Positions 1 through 7,971 of a stretch of 64,000 bases of DNA are shown one piece after another. Within the stretch, counting starts at the first letter, position 1, and the number at the start of each line of letters is the position of its first letter. Location: assembly GCA_963751345.1 (NCBI GenBank), contig CAVVUS010000018.1:224001-288000 (forward strand), given 5' to 3'. Under the pieces are notes generated by a model that was not told the origin of the DNA, ran no database searches, and saw only the letters and a list, made by a program, of their open reading frames with translations. The translations under genes and the position numbers were made by a program. This stretch comes from an uncultured Chloroflexia bacterium (GTDB taxonomy: Bacteria > Chloroflexota > Anaerolineae > B4-G1 > SLSP01).

Positions 1-423
1 GTGTTCGTAGTACTCAATGCGTACCTGATTCACTCCGGGAGGGACGTAGGCGTCGGTGGTGGCCCACGAGGCCGCATGGTCTGCCCAGTAGTCGACGACG
101 AGTGCACTATTGATCCAGATCCTCAGGCCGTCGTCCGAGCGGTAATCGAAGCGGTAGGTACCTCCTTCAAACCAGATATCCTGGGTGAAGCGTGCCGAGA
201 AACCATCCGCCGGGATGCCATCGCCCGGGCTGCCCGTGCCCCACTCGTGGTTGACGTTCGTCTCGTAGCGAGTCAGGGCCGGCCCCCCGCTGAGATCCAT
301 ATTCGCGAAGTATTCGGCATACCACTGTGCTGCGGCGGCCGCGGGCCGTGGCATGCCCACGATGCTGCCAAGCAACGTGAGCAGCATCACAATAGCCAGG
401 TTTGACCGTAGGTGTCTATGCAT
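1..423 (-). CDS. Secreted PA14-domain protein (partial, runs off the window start)
   Basis: Not in the ORF track. Manual translation from ATG 423 (AGGAGG RBS) gives MHRHLRSNLAIVMLLTLLGSIVGMPRPAAAAQWYAEYFANMDLSG...DGFSARFTQDIWFEGGTYRFDYRSDDGLRIWINSALVVDYW...RIEYYEH: a signal peptide plus PA14 motifs (FSAR, SDDG.R.WI). Confidence 0.85.
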   Translation of the reverse strand, partial: MHRHLRSNLAIVMLLTLLGSIVGMPRPAAAAAQWYAEYFANMDLSGGPALTRYETNVNHEWGTGSPGDGIPADGFSARFTQDIWFEGGTYRFDYRSDDGLRIWINSALVVDYWADHAASWATTDAYVPPGVNQVRIEYYEH

Positions 424-530
424 AGATCCTCCTGAAGTTCCGTGCTATCTCTATTATAGTCGAATTGCTGTCCCCATAACGCGCTTCTGTCACTATAGAC
501 GGGATCCGGGCCGCGGAAGTTCCGTCAGAG

Positions 531-728
531 TTTTCCACAGATTGGCACTGCTTATCCACAGGCCATAGACAGCGAGTCCCGGCTCGCGTCCCGAAGTGGG
601 AGGAGAAGGTTGAAAAACGGTTGACGCTGCCGGGTTGTGTGGGGAAAAAGCGCTGGGGCTGCCTCGTAGTGGGGCTATGAGACGCGCCCGCTCTGCGCGC
701 CCCTCGACGACCCTCCGCCTGTGGATAA
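531..728. promoter_or_regulatory. Cluster of DnaA-box-like 9-mers
   Basis: TTTTCCACA 531-539 (1 mismatch), TTATCCACA 552-560 (perfect), TGTGGGGAA 638-646 (2 mismatches), TGTGGATAA 720-728 (perfect, reverse). Confidence 0.6.
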
Positions 729-737
729 GTGGGGCCA

Positions 738-756
738 CCAACCTTGCGAAGGTTTC
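738..756. repeat. REP-like palindrome CCAACCTTGCGAAGGTTTC
   Basis: AACCTT-GCG-AAGGTT hairpin; the same 19-mer recurs at 12731-12749. Confidence 0.65.
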
Positions 757-771
757 GGACTCAGGTGACCT

Positions 772-799
772 TTGACATGTCAGTTGTCTGACATATAAT
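772..799 (+). promoter_or_regulatory. Consensus sigma70 promoter with an embedded palindromic operator (probable GntR site)
   Basis: TTGACA 772-777, 16-bp spacer, TATAAT 794-799; inverted repeat ATGTCAG-TTGT-CTGACAT at 777-794 overlaps the spacer. Confidence 0.85.
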
Positions 800-815
800 G
801 GAAATGGAGGTTGGT

Positions 816-1553
816 ATGGATCTCGATGATCTTCCCAAGGTTCGTTCAACCCGCGACCAGGTGGAGAGCACGCTCTCCCAGCTCATCCTGCAGCAGCAGC
901 CTGGCGATCAGTTGCCCCCCGAGCCCGAGCTAGCCAGACAACTGGGTGTATCCCGTCCAACGCTTCGCGAGGTTCTGCGTACCTTTGCCGAGCGAGGGCT
1001 TCTGGTGCGCCGGCAGGGGGTGGGCACGTTCATCGCATCGCGCCTGCCCGTTCTTGATGCCGGCCTCGAGGTTCTGGAGAGCCTGGAGTGCATGGCGGAC
1101 CGGCTCGGATTGGCTACCGAGATGACGCACCTCAACGTTGTGGAACGTTCGGCAACCGACCCGGAACTCGACGGGCTTGGGCGTGCCGCGCCGACGCAAG
1201 TGCTCGCCGTAAAGCGCGTCATCTCCATAGAGGATGTACCCGTGGCGGATCTCACCGACATCGTGCCCCTTGAGGTCATCTGTAGATCGGACCTGGGGAG
1301 CGACTTCCGGGGCTCGGTACTCGATGTGCTGCTTACCCATGGCTCTCCGGTGTTGAGTACCTCGCGGACCGAGATCTTGGCGGAGCTAGCCGGGCAGGAC
1401 GATGTGCTGCGTTTGCAGGTTGAGCAGGGCGCGCCGTTGTTGGTGCTGATCGCTCAACTCTTCAGTTACGACGACCATGTGGTCGACTACTCGGTGAGCA
1501 GGTTTGTGCCGGGATACTTCAGGTTCCACGTGATGCGGAGGATAGTCAGGTAG
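816..1553 (+). CDS. GntR-family (HutC/UTRA) transcriptional regulator
   Basis: wHTH LPPEPELARQLGVSRPTLREVL...RRQGVGTF plus a C-terminal UTRA-like domain. GGAGG RBS precedes ATG 816; the upstream ATG at 798 overlaps the -10 box. Confidence 0.92.
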   Translation: MDLDDLPKVRSTRDQVESTLSQLILQQQPGDQLPPEPELARQLGVSRPTLREVLRTFAERGLLVRRQGVGTFIASRLPVLDAGLEVLESLECMADRLGLATEMTHLNVVERSATDPELDGLGRAAPTQVLAVKRVISIEDVPVADLTDIVPLEVICRSDLGSDFRGSVLDVLLTHGSPVLSTSRTEILAELAGQDDVLRLQVEQGAPLLVLIAQLFSYDDHVVDYSVSRFVPGYFRFHVMRRIVR

Positions 1554-1646
1554 TCTCGTAGTCAGATGGTCATATAGTCAAGCTAATTGAGCTGAGTTAT
1601 CTGACTATCAGTACCAGACTACCGGACTACTAGACTGCTAGACCAA
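1541..1646. repeat. Inverted pair of degenerate 8-bp tandem arrays (TAGTC / GACTA cores)
   Basis: TAGTCTCG TAGTCAGA TGGTCATA TAGTCAAG ... CCAGACTA CCGGACTA CTAGACTG CTAGACCA. Confidence 0.65.
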
Positions 1647-1675
1647 ACAACTTTACAAACAGGAGGTTTTGAACA

Positions 1676-2656
1676 ATGCGTAGTTTTACGGGTCGTGACA
1701 TTTTGTCTTTGAAAGAGTTTGAACGGAACGAGTTCTTCCACGTCTTCGACGTTGCCACCGAGCTGGAGCCGATTGCGCGCGAGCGCCGCAACGTGGATAT
1801 GCTCGCCGAGAAAACGCTGGTGACGGCATTCTACCAGCCATCGACGCGCACGCGCTTGGCACACGAGGCCGCGATGCACCGCCTGGGTGGGCATGTCAAC
1901 GGCTTCTCCGACGCCAAGATGACGCGGGCGGGCGACTGGTATCAGGAGTCCATCAAGGACACGGTGAAGATGTTGGAGTTCTACGGCGACGCGATCGTGA
2001 TGCGCCACTTCCAGCAGGGCGCGCCGCACGAGGCTGCGAAGTGGGCCAGCGTGCCGATCATCAACGGCGGCGACGGGTGGGGCGAGCATCCCACGCAGAT
2101 CCTCACCGACCTTTACACAGTGCTGCGCGAGAAAGGCCACATCGATGGCCTGCGCTGGCTGGCCGTCGGCGATATGCGGATGCGCACCATGCACTCCCTC
2201 GGCTACGCGCTGACGCAGTTCGATTGCCCGATCACGTTTGTGGCCCCGCCTGCGGACGCACTCTTCGACAACTCGCCCGACATGCAGATGCCGGAAAACT
2301 ACAAGGCCGATTTCCGGCAGTACTCGCTCGACTTCACGGAAGCCGAGCACGTCGAGCAAGCCATCGCCGACGCGGACGTGATCCTGGTCGAGCCGGTGAT
2401 GCAGCCGGACTACACCAAGGCCCGCGACGAGCGCAAAGGTGACGCTGGCTTCACCCCCGACAATTACAAGATCACGCGCGAGTTGCTGACGCAGAAAGCC
2501 AAGTCCGACGCGATCTTGCTGCACTCGCTGCCGCGCATGGACGAAGTTCCGACCGACGTGGACATCACCCGCTGGTCGCGCTACTGGCAGGAAGCCTTCA
2601 ACGGCGTCGTGATGCGGATGGCACTGCTGGCGCTCGTCCTCGGTGCTATGGAGTAA
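1676..2656 (+). CDS. Aspartate-carbamoyltransferase-like carbamoyltransferase with a non-canonical acceptor site
   Basis: FYQPSTRT, VMRH, INGGDGWGEHPTQ and HSLP motifs; lacks the ATCase RxQxER aspartate-binding motif (has EPVMQPDY). Confidence 0.88.
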   Translation: MRSFTGRDILSLKEFERNEFFHVFDVATELEPIARERRNVDMLAEKTLVTAFYQPSTRTRLAHEAAMHRLGGHVNGFSDAKMTRAGDWYQESIKDTVKMLEFYGDAIVMRHFQQGAPHEAAKWASVPIINGGDGWGEHPTQILTDLYTVLREKGHIDGLRWLAVGDMRMRTMHSLGYALTQFDCPITFVAPPADALFDNSPDMQMPENYKADFRQYSLDFTEAEHVEQAIADADVILVEPVMQPDYTKARDERKGDAGFTPDNYKITRELLTQKAKSDAILLHSLPRMDEVPTDVDITRWSRYWQEAFNGVVMRMALLALVLGAME

Positions 2657-2677
2657 ATCCGGCCTGTAGGAACTGCA

Positions 2678-2719
2678 GGATTGTATTGCGAGTGGCAAAG
2701 TCACTCGCAATACAGATCC
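2678..2719. other. Strong intercistronic hairpin
   Basis: TGTATTGCGAGTG (2682-2694) pairs perfectly with CACTCGCAATACA (2702-2714); no U-tract follows. Confidence 0.7.
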
Positions 2720-2751
2720 CTATCGTGAACTTGCTAGAGGAGACACTCACT

Positions 2752-3732
2752 ATGATAACCAGTTTGCGCGGCCGAGATTTGATTGGTGACCTCGACTTCT
2801 CCAAAGAAGAGGTCGAAACGGTACTGGACGTGGCCTGGGATCTGAAGCGCAAGCGAGCGTTGGGCGAGCCACACCCACTGTTGCGTGACAAGACCTTAGG
2901 CATGTTGTTCTTCTTCAGTAGCACGCGCACCCGCTGTTCTTTTGAGTCGGGGATGGCGCAACTCGGTGGGCACGCCGCCTTCATCGAGAGCAAGACCACC
3001 CAGATCTCGCACGGCGATACCGCTACCGAGATCGGCGAGATCCTGGGGCGCTACTTCGATGGTATCGCCATCCGCCACTGCGACTGGAAGGTGGGCAATG
3101 CGTACCTCAACTACGTCGCCAAAGCCTCTCGCGCACCGGTACTGAATATGCAGTGCGATATCTACCACCCCTTCCAGTGCTTGGCCGACCTGATGACGAT
3201 CAAGGAGAAGAAGGGCCGCGATCTCCGCAAGAAGAAGATTGTCGTCTCCTGGGCCTATGCCTCCTCCTATCTTAAGCCGATCTCTGTGCCACAGTCGCTC
3301 ATCCTCCAGATGCCGCGCTTTGGCATGGACGTGACCCTGGCCTATCCGGAGGAGTTCATGCTGATGCCGGATATCGTCGATGAGGCCAAGAGCCAGGCTC
3401 GCAAGTACGGGACGAGCTTCGAGATCGTCCACGACATGGGGGAAGGCTTCGAGGATGCTGACGTCGTCTATGCCAAGTCCTGGGGGCCTCTGCTGACGAC
3501 GGACGATCCGGCCGAGGGGAAGAAGCTGCAGGACAAGTACCAGGACTGGATCACGGATGCCGCGAAGATGCGGCTCGCCGCCCCTGACGCGATCTACATG
3601 CACCCTCTTCCCGCTGATCGAGACATCGAAGTCACCAGCGAGGTGATGGATGGACCGCAGTCCGTGGTCTTCGACCAGGCCGAGAACCGGCTGCACGCCC
3701 AGAAAGCAGCGATGGCCCTCACTATGTGGTAG
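2752..3732 (+). CDS. Knotted-type carbamoyltransferase (YgeW / N-acetylornithine transcarbamylase-like)
   Basis: SSTRTRCSFE, NMQCDIYHPFQ, SWAYASSYLKPISVPQS (YgeW-like), YAKSWG, HPLP, QAENRLH; GAGGAG RBS before ATG 2752. Confidence 0.88.
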   Translation: MITSLRGRDLIGDLDFSKEEVETVLDVAWDLKRKRALGEPHPLLRDKTLGMLFFFSSTRTRCSFESGMAQLGGHAAFIESKTTQISHGDTATEIGEILGRYFDGIAIRHCDWKVGNAYLNYVAKASRAPVLNMQCDIYHPFQCLADLMTIKEKKGRDLRKKKIVVSWAYASSYLKPISVPQSLILQMPRFGMDVTLAYPEEFMLMPDIVDEAKSQARKYGTSFEIVHDMGEGFEDADVVYAKSWGPLLTTDDPAEGKKLQDKYQDWITDAAKMRLAAPDAIYMHPLPADRDIEVTSEVMDGPQSVVFDQAENRLHAQKAAMALTMW

Positions 3733-3750
3733 TCCGAAAGGAGATCCGGA

Positions 3751-4761
3751 ATGAAATCCGCGCAGACGCAGGAGTTCGCGCACACCGAGGCCCGCCGTGA
3801 GGGGGGGCCTGTGAGGCGCACAGGCGTAGTCGCCATCGGCGGCAACTCGCTGATCTTGGACCCGCGGCACCAGACTGTACAGGACCAATACCGGGCAGCT
3901 AGGGAGACCTGCCACCACATCGCAGATATGATTGAGGAGGGGTGGGATATTGCCATCGGCCATGGTAACGGTCCACAGGTAGGTTTCATCCTGCGACGTT
4001 CGGAGATCGCTGCGAAGGTGGCGGGGATGCACGAGGTGCCCCTGGATGCGTGTGGGGCAGACACGCAGGGCGCTCTAGGCTACGCTCTCCAGCAGAATCT
4101 CTGCAACGAATTCCGGCGTCGGGGTATCCACAAGAGCGTGGCCACCGTGGTCACACAGGTGCGCGTCGATCTCGACGATCCGGCGTTCAGTAACCCATCG
4201 AAGCCCATCGGCGGCTTCATGGAAGAGGAAGCGGCACGCGATCGTGCGGCACGCGATGGCTGGTCTATCGTGGAGGACGCTGGGCGAGGGTGGCGACGCG
4301 TCGTAGCGTCGCCTTTGCCTCAGGAGATCGTGGAGCTGAAGGTTGTCGAGTCGTTACTCCACGCCGGGGTCATCACGATCACGGTGGGTGGTGGGGGCAT
4401 TCCGGTCGCGCCAAATGCCGACGGCGACCTTGTCGGGGTGCCTGCCGTCATCGACAAGGACTTCGCGTCATCGCTGTTGGCGCAACGCATCCATGCTGAC
4501 CTGTTCCTGATCTCCACCGCCGTGGAACAGGTCTATGTCAACTACCGCAAGCCTGATCAGCGGGCGATCGATCGCATGACCGTCGCTGAGGCGAAGCGAT
4601 ATCTGGCGGAGGGGCACTTTGCCAAGGGCAGTATGGAGCCCAAGATCCGCGCGATCATCGGTTATCTGGAGGCGGGCGGGAAGCTGGCCATCATCACCGA
4701 TCCGCCTCACATCACGGCGGCACTGCAGGGCAAAACCGGTACGTGGGTGGTGCCCGACTAG
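3751..4761 (+). CDS. arcC: Carbamate kinase
   Basis: VVAIGGNSL, HGNGPQVG, PSKPIG, GWRRVVASP, GGGGIPV, VIDKDFAS, GSMEPK. Confidence 0.95.
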   Translation: MKSAQTQEFAHTEARREGGPVRRTGVVAIGGNSLILDPRHQTVQDQYRAARETCHHIADMIEEGWDIAIGHGNGPQVGFILRRSEIAAKVAGMHEVPLDACGADTQGALGYALQQNLCNEFRRRGIHKSVATVVTQVRVDLDDPAFSNPSKPIGGFMEEEAARDRAARDGWSIVEDAGRGWRRVVASPLPQEIVELKVVESLLHAGVITITVGGGGIPVAPNADGDLVGVPAVIDKDFASSLLAQRIHADLFLISTAVEQVYVNYRKPDQRAIDRMTVAEAKRYLAEGHFAKGSMEPKIRAIIGYLEAGGKLAIITDPPHITAALQGKTGTWVVPD

Positions 4762-4784
4762 TGCTCGGGCAAGAGGAGCGTTCG

Positions 4785-6035
4785 ATGGATCATATCCGTG
4801 GTTTTCGATGCATGCTCTGCGGTGCGGAGTACGGGGTCGGCGAGATCGACTACGTCTGCCCGCTCCATGGCGACGACGGCATCGTGGACGTGCTCTACGA
4901 CTACGACCTGATCCGGGCGACGATCAGCCCGGAGACGTTGTCCTCGAGCCGGGAGATGAGCATCTGGCGCTACAAGGCGCTCTTGCCGGTGGCTGCGGAT
5001 GCCGTGGTGCCGCCGCTGCGTGTGGGGTGGACTCCCCTCTATGAGGCGCCGCGCCTGGCTGAGGGCCTTGGCCTGGCGCACCTATGGGTCAAGGATGATG
5101 GCGTGAACCCCACGGCCTCCTTCAAGGATCGGGCTTCGGCACTGGCCGTCGTGAAGGCTCGGGAGGCCGGGGCCGAGGTGATCACGACCGCCAGCACCGG
5201 CAATGCGGCCGCAGCGCTCGCGGGGCTCTCGGCCAGCGTCGGCCTGCAGGCTGTCATCTTCGTGCCGCGCTCCGCACCTCCTGCCAAGATCGCGCAGCAC
5301 CTGATCTACGGTGCGCGCGTGCTGCTGGTCGATGGGAGCTATGATGACGCGTTCGATCTGACCCTTCAGGTCGCGCGAGAGTTTGGCTGGTACAACCGCA
5401 ACACCGCCTATAATCCCTTCATGACCGAAGGGAAGAAGACCGCCGCCTACGAGATCTGGGAGCAGGCGGGAGGGCAGGTGCCGGACCGGATCTTCGTCCC
5501 CGTGGGCGATGGATGCATCATAGGGGGAATCCACAAGGGTTTCAGGGATCTCCTGGCGCTGGGCTGGACCGACCGCATGCCGCGGCTGATGGGCATCCAG
5601 GCAGAAGGCTCTTCAGCGTTGGTGGATGCCTACGAACGGGGGCTTGCTCCCACTGAGATGCGGCCGATGCCCGCCTCCACGATTGCCGATAGTATCAGTG
5701 CGGCGCTACCACGAGACCGGGCCAAGGCACTGAAGGCCGTGCGCGACACGGATGGGAGCTTCCTGTCGGTGACCGATGAGGAGATCCTGTCAGCTATCCC
5801 CACCGTGGCCCGGAAGACGGGGGTTTTCTGCGAGCCTGCAGCGGCGGCTTCATACGCCGGACTTGCCCGGGCTGTCCGCGAGGGGCTCATCGATCCGCAG
5901 GAGCGGATCGTGCTTCTGCTGACCGGATCGGGTCTCAAGGATATCGCCAGCGCGATGAAGACGGTGTCTGCTCCCCCTGTCATCCCTGCGCAACTGAATG
6001 CGGCGAGAGAGGCCCTGGCGAAGCTTGGTGTCTAG
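4785..6035 (+). CDS. Threonine-synthase-like PLP enzyme (fold type II) with an N-terminal Zn ribbon
   Basis: CMLC...CPLH, NPTASFKDR (PLP lysine), ASTGNAAAA, PVGDG, EPAAAA, TGSGLKD. Confidence 0.88.
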   Translation: MDHIRGFRCMLCGAEYGVGEIDYVCPLHGDDGIVDVLYDYDLIRATISPETLSSSREMSIWRYKALLPVAADAVVPPLRVGWTPLYEAPRLAEGLGLAHLWVKDDGVNPTASFKDRASALAVVKAREAGAEVITTASTGNAAAALAGLSASVGLQAVIFVPRSAPPAKIAQHLIYGARVLLVDGSYDDAFDLTLQVAREFGWYNRNTAYNPFMTEGKKTAAYEIWEQAGGQVPDRIFVPVGDGCIIGGIHKGFRDLLALGWTDRMPRLMGIQAEGSSALVDAYERGLAPTEMRPMPASTIADSISAALPRDRAKALKAVRDTDGSFLSVTDEEILSAIPTVARKTGVFCEPAAAASYAGLARAVREGLIDPQERIVLLLTGSGLKDIASAMKTVSAPPVIPAQLNAAREALAKLGV

Positions 6036-7955
6036 ATGTTTGCGCCGGAGACGATGATGACGGACTATGAGGATCTCAAGCGTCGGTTAGCCAGGGGATG
6101 GAACACGTGGAATACGCGCAGCGTGTTATCCCACGTGCTCCTGCCTGAGGCGTTTGCTCTGAACCTCGGGCTGAAGGAATATGCAACCCGGAGGTACCTG
6201 GGAGAAGCGCTCATCGGGCGGCGAGGGGATGGGGACGAACGAATCCACCCGGGTCCCCGTTCCTACGATGGCGCGTTTACCGAGCTCTCGCTGACCTGGC
6301 AGGGCGTTGAAGTGCTCATCCAGAGCGCGGTTATCCCATCGCCCGAGGGCGCAGCGCAGGACGACCTGGTGCTCCTGGTCACGCCGCACACGAGCCATCG
6401 AAAGGCGCCTCTGTTAGTCGTCGAGCCCGGAATCCTGTGGAATCGACCCGGTCACGTATTGCGCCAGGGCGAAACGCTGGTGTGGGCCGGCGGATCGGGA
6501 GACTCGGCCTCCGTGGTCGCCTACGGGACCTGTGCTTCTGTGGTGGATCCCTATGTCCCTGTTCAGACTCCGTATCTCGCTCTGCCCCTGAATGGCGCCG
6601 TTGGGGTCTCCACGGGGAAGCCCCGGTCGGTTGCCGAGATCCAGACCGTGGTGGCGGAGCGCCGGGCAGAGCGGACGGCAGCCCTCGCCACGTTCGGGGA
6701 GCTTGCGGAGGTCTACGCGGCTATCCAGACGTGCCTGGCCTGGGACACGATCTACGAGCCGGAACACGACCGGGTCGTCTCCCCCGTCAGTCGCATCTGG
6801 AACGTCGACTGGGGCGGCTACGTCCTCTTTGACTGGGACACCTACTTCGCGGCCTATCTCGCGTCTCTGGACAACCGGGATCTCGCCTATGCCAATGCCA
6901 TCGAGATCACGCGCGAGAAGACGGAGCGTGGGTTCATCCCCAATTTCGGCACCGTCATCGATCTCAAGAGCCGGGACCGCTCTCAGCCGCCGGTCGGCTC
7001 GCTCGTGATCCGCGAGCTCTACCGCCGCTTTAGGGATCGGTGGTTGTTGGAAGAGGTATTCGACGACTTGCTCGAGTGGAACCGCTGGTGGGATGCCCAC
7101 CGCAGATGGGGCGAGCTTCTCTGCTGGGGTTCTGATCCCTACGCCCCGCTTGCCGATGCTCACTGGGAGGTGACCGGCGTCGGCAGCCGGTTGGGAGCTG
7201 CTCTGGAATCTGGGCTGGACAACTCCCCGATGTACGACGACGTGCCCTTCGACGGGCGCACGCACTTGATGGCACTGGCAGACGTTGGCCTGAACGGGAT
7301 GTACGTGATGGACTGCGATGCCCTGGCCGAGATCGCCGGGGTGCTGGGGAGGGCTGAGGCCGAGCGCGAGCTACGGGCACGCGCCGATCGGTTCCGTCAG
7401 GCCCTGGTGGCCCTGTGGGATGAGGATACCGGGCTCTTCCATAATCGCCATATGGACACGGGGAGGTTCAGCCATCACCTGTCTCCGACGAACTTCTACG
7501 CGCTTCTCGGGCGAGCCGCAACCCAGGCTCAGGCCGAACGCATGGTCGCAGAGCACTTCTACGACCCTGGGGAGTTCTGGGGAGAGTGGATCCTTCCCTC
7601 GATCGCGCGCAACGACCCCGCATACCCCGAGCAGACCTATTGGCGTGGCCGCATCTGGGCCCCGATGAACTTGCTCGTCTACCTGGGCCTGCGGCGCTAC
7701 GATCTACCACAAGCACAAACTGATCTGGCAAACAAATCAAAAGAGCTCTTGCTGAAAGAGTGGCTGGAGAACGGCCACGTTCACGAGAACTACAACGCCG
7801 ACACGGGTGAAGGCTGCGATAAGCCCAACAGCGACCGTTTCTACCACTGGGGCGGCCTCCTGGGTCTGATCGCGTTCATTGAGGCCGGTGTCCTGGAAGG
7901 ACCCGAGCAACCGCTGAACACCAGCTCACCACCGCCCAGCCGGCGTAACCCCTGA
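6036..7955 (+). CDS. (alpha/alpha)6 glycoside hydrolase, GH63/MGH1/trehalase-like
   Basis: FDWDTYF, DRSQPP, ESGLDNSPMYD, YWRGRIWAPMN, HENYN...G.G motifs. Confidence 0.85.
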   Translation: MFAPETMMTDYEDLKRRLARGWNTWNTRSVLSHVLLPEAFALNLGLKEYATRRYLGEALIGRRGDGDERIHPGPRSYDGAFTELSLTWQGVEVLIQSAVIPSPEGAAQDDLVLLVTPHTSHRKAPLLVVEPGILWNRPGHVLRQGETLVWAGGSGDSASVVAYGTCASVVDPYVPVQTPYLALPLNGAVGVSTGKPRSVAEIQTVVAERRAERTAALATFGELAEVYAAIQTCLAWDTIYEPEHDRVVSPVSRIWNVDWGGYVLFDWDTYFAAYLASLDNRDLAYANAIEITREKTERGFIPNFGTVIDLKSRDRSQPPVGSLVIRELYRRFRDRWLLEEVFDDLLEWNRWWDAHRRWGELLCWGSDPYAPLADAHWEVTGVGSRLGAALESGLDNSPMYDDVPFDGRTHLMALADVGLNGMYVMDCDALAEIAGVLGRAEAERELRARADRFRQALVALWDEDTGLFHNRHMDTGRFSHHLSPTNFYALLGRAATQAQAERMVAEHFYDPGEFWGEWILPSIARNDPAYPEQTYWRGRIWAPMNLLVYLGLRRYDLPQAQTDLANKSKELLLKEWLENGHVHENYNADTGEGCDKPNSDRFYHWGGLLGLIAFIEAGVLEGPEQPLNTSSPPPSRRNP

Positions 7956-7971
7956 CCTGAAAGGCAGTCGA

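Noticed and set aside
1-405. ORF-track plus-strand ORF 1..405
   Set aside because: It is the antisense shadow of the minus-strand PA14 gene, which has an RBS, a signal peptide and family motifs.
1676-4761. Standard arginine deiminase (arcABC) or pyrBI operon
   Set aside because: No arcA, arcD, pyrI or pyrC is present, and neither transcarbamylase has canonical OTC (SMG, HCLP) or ATCase (RxQxER) acceptor motifs.
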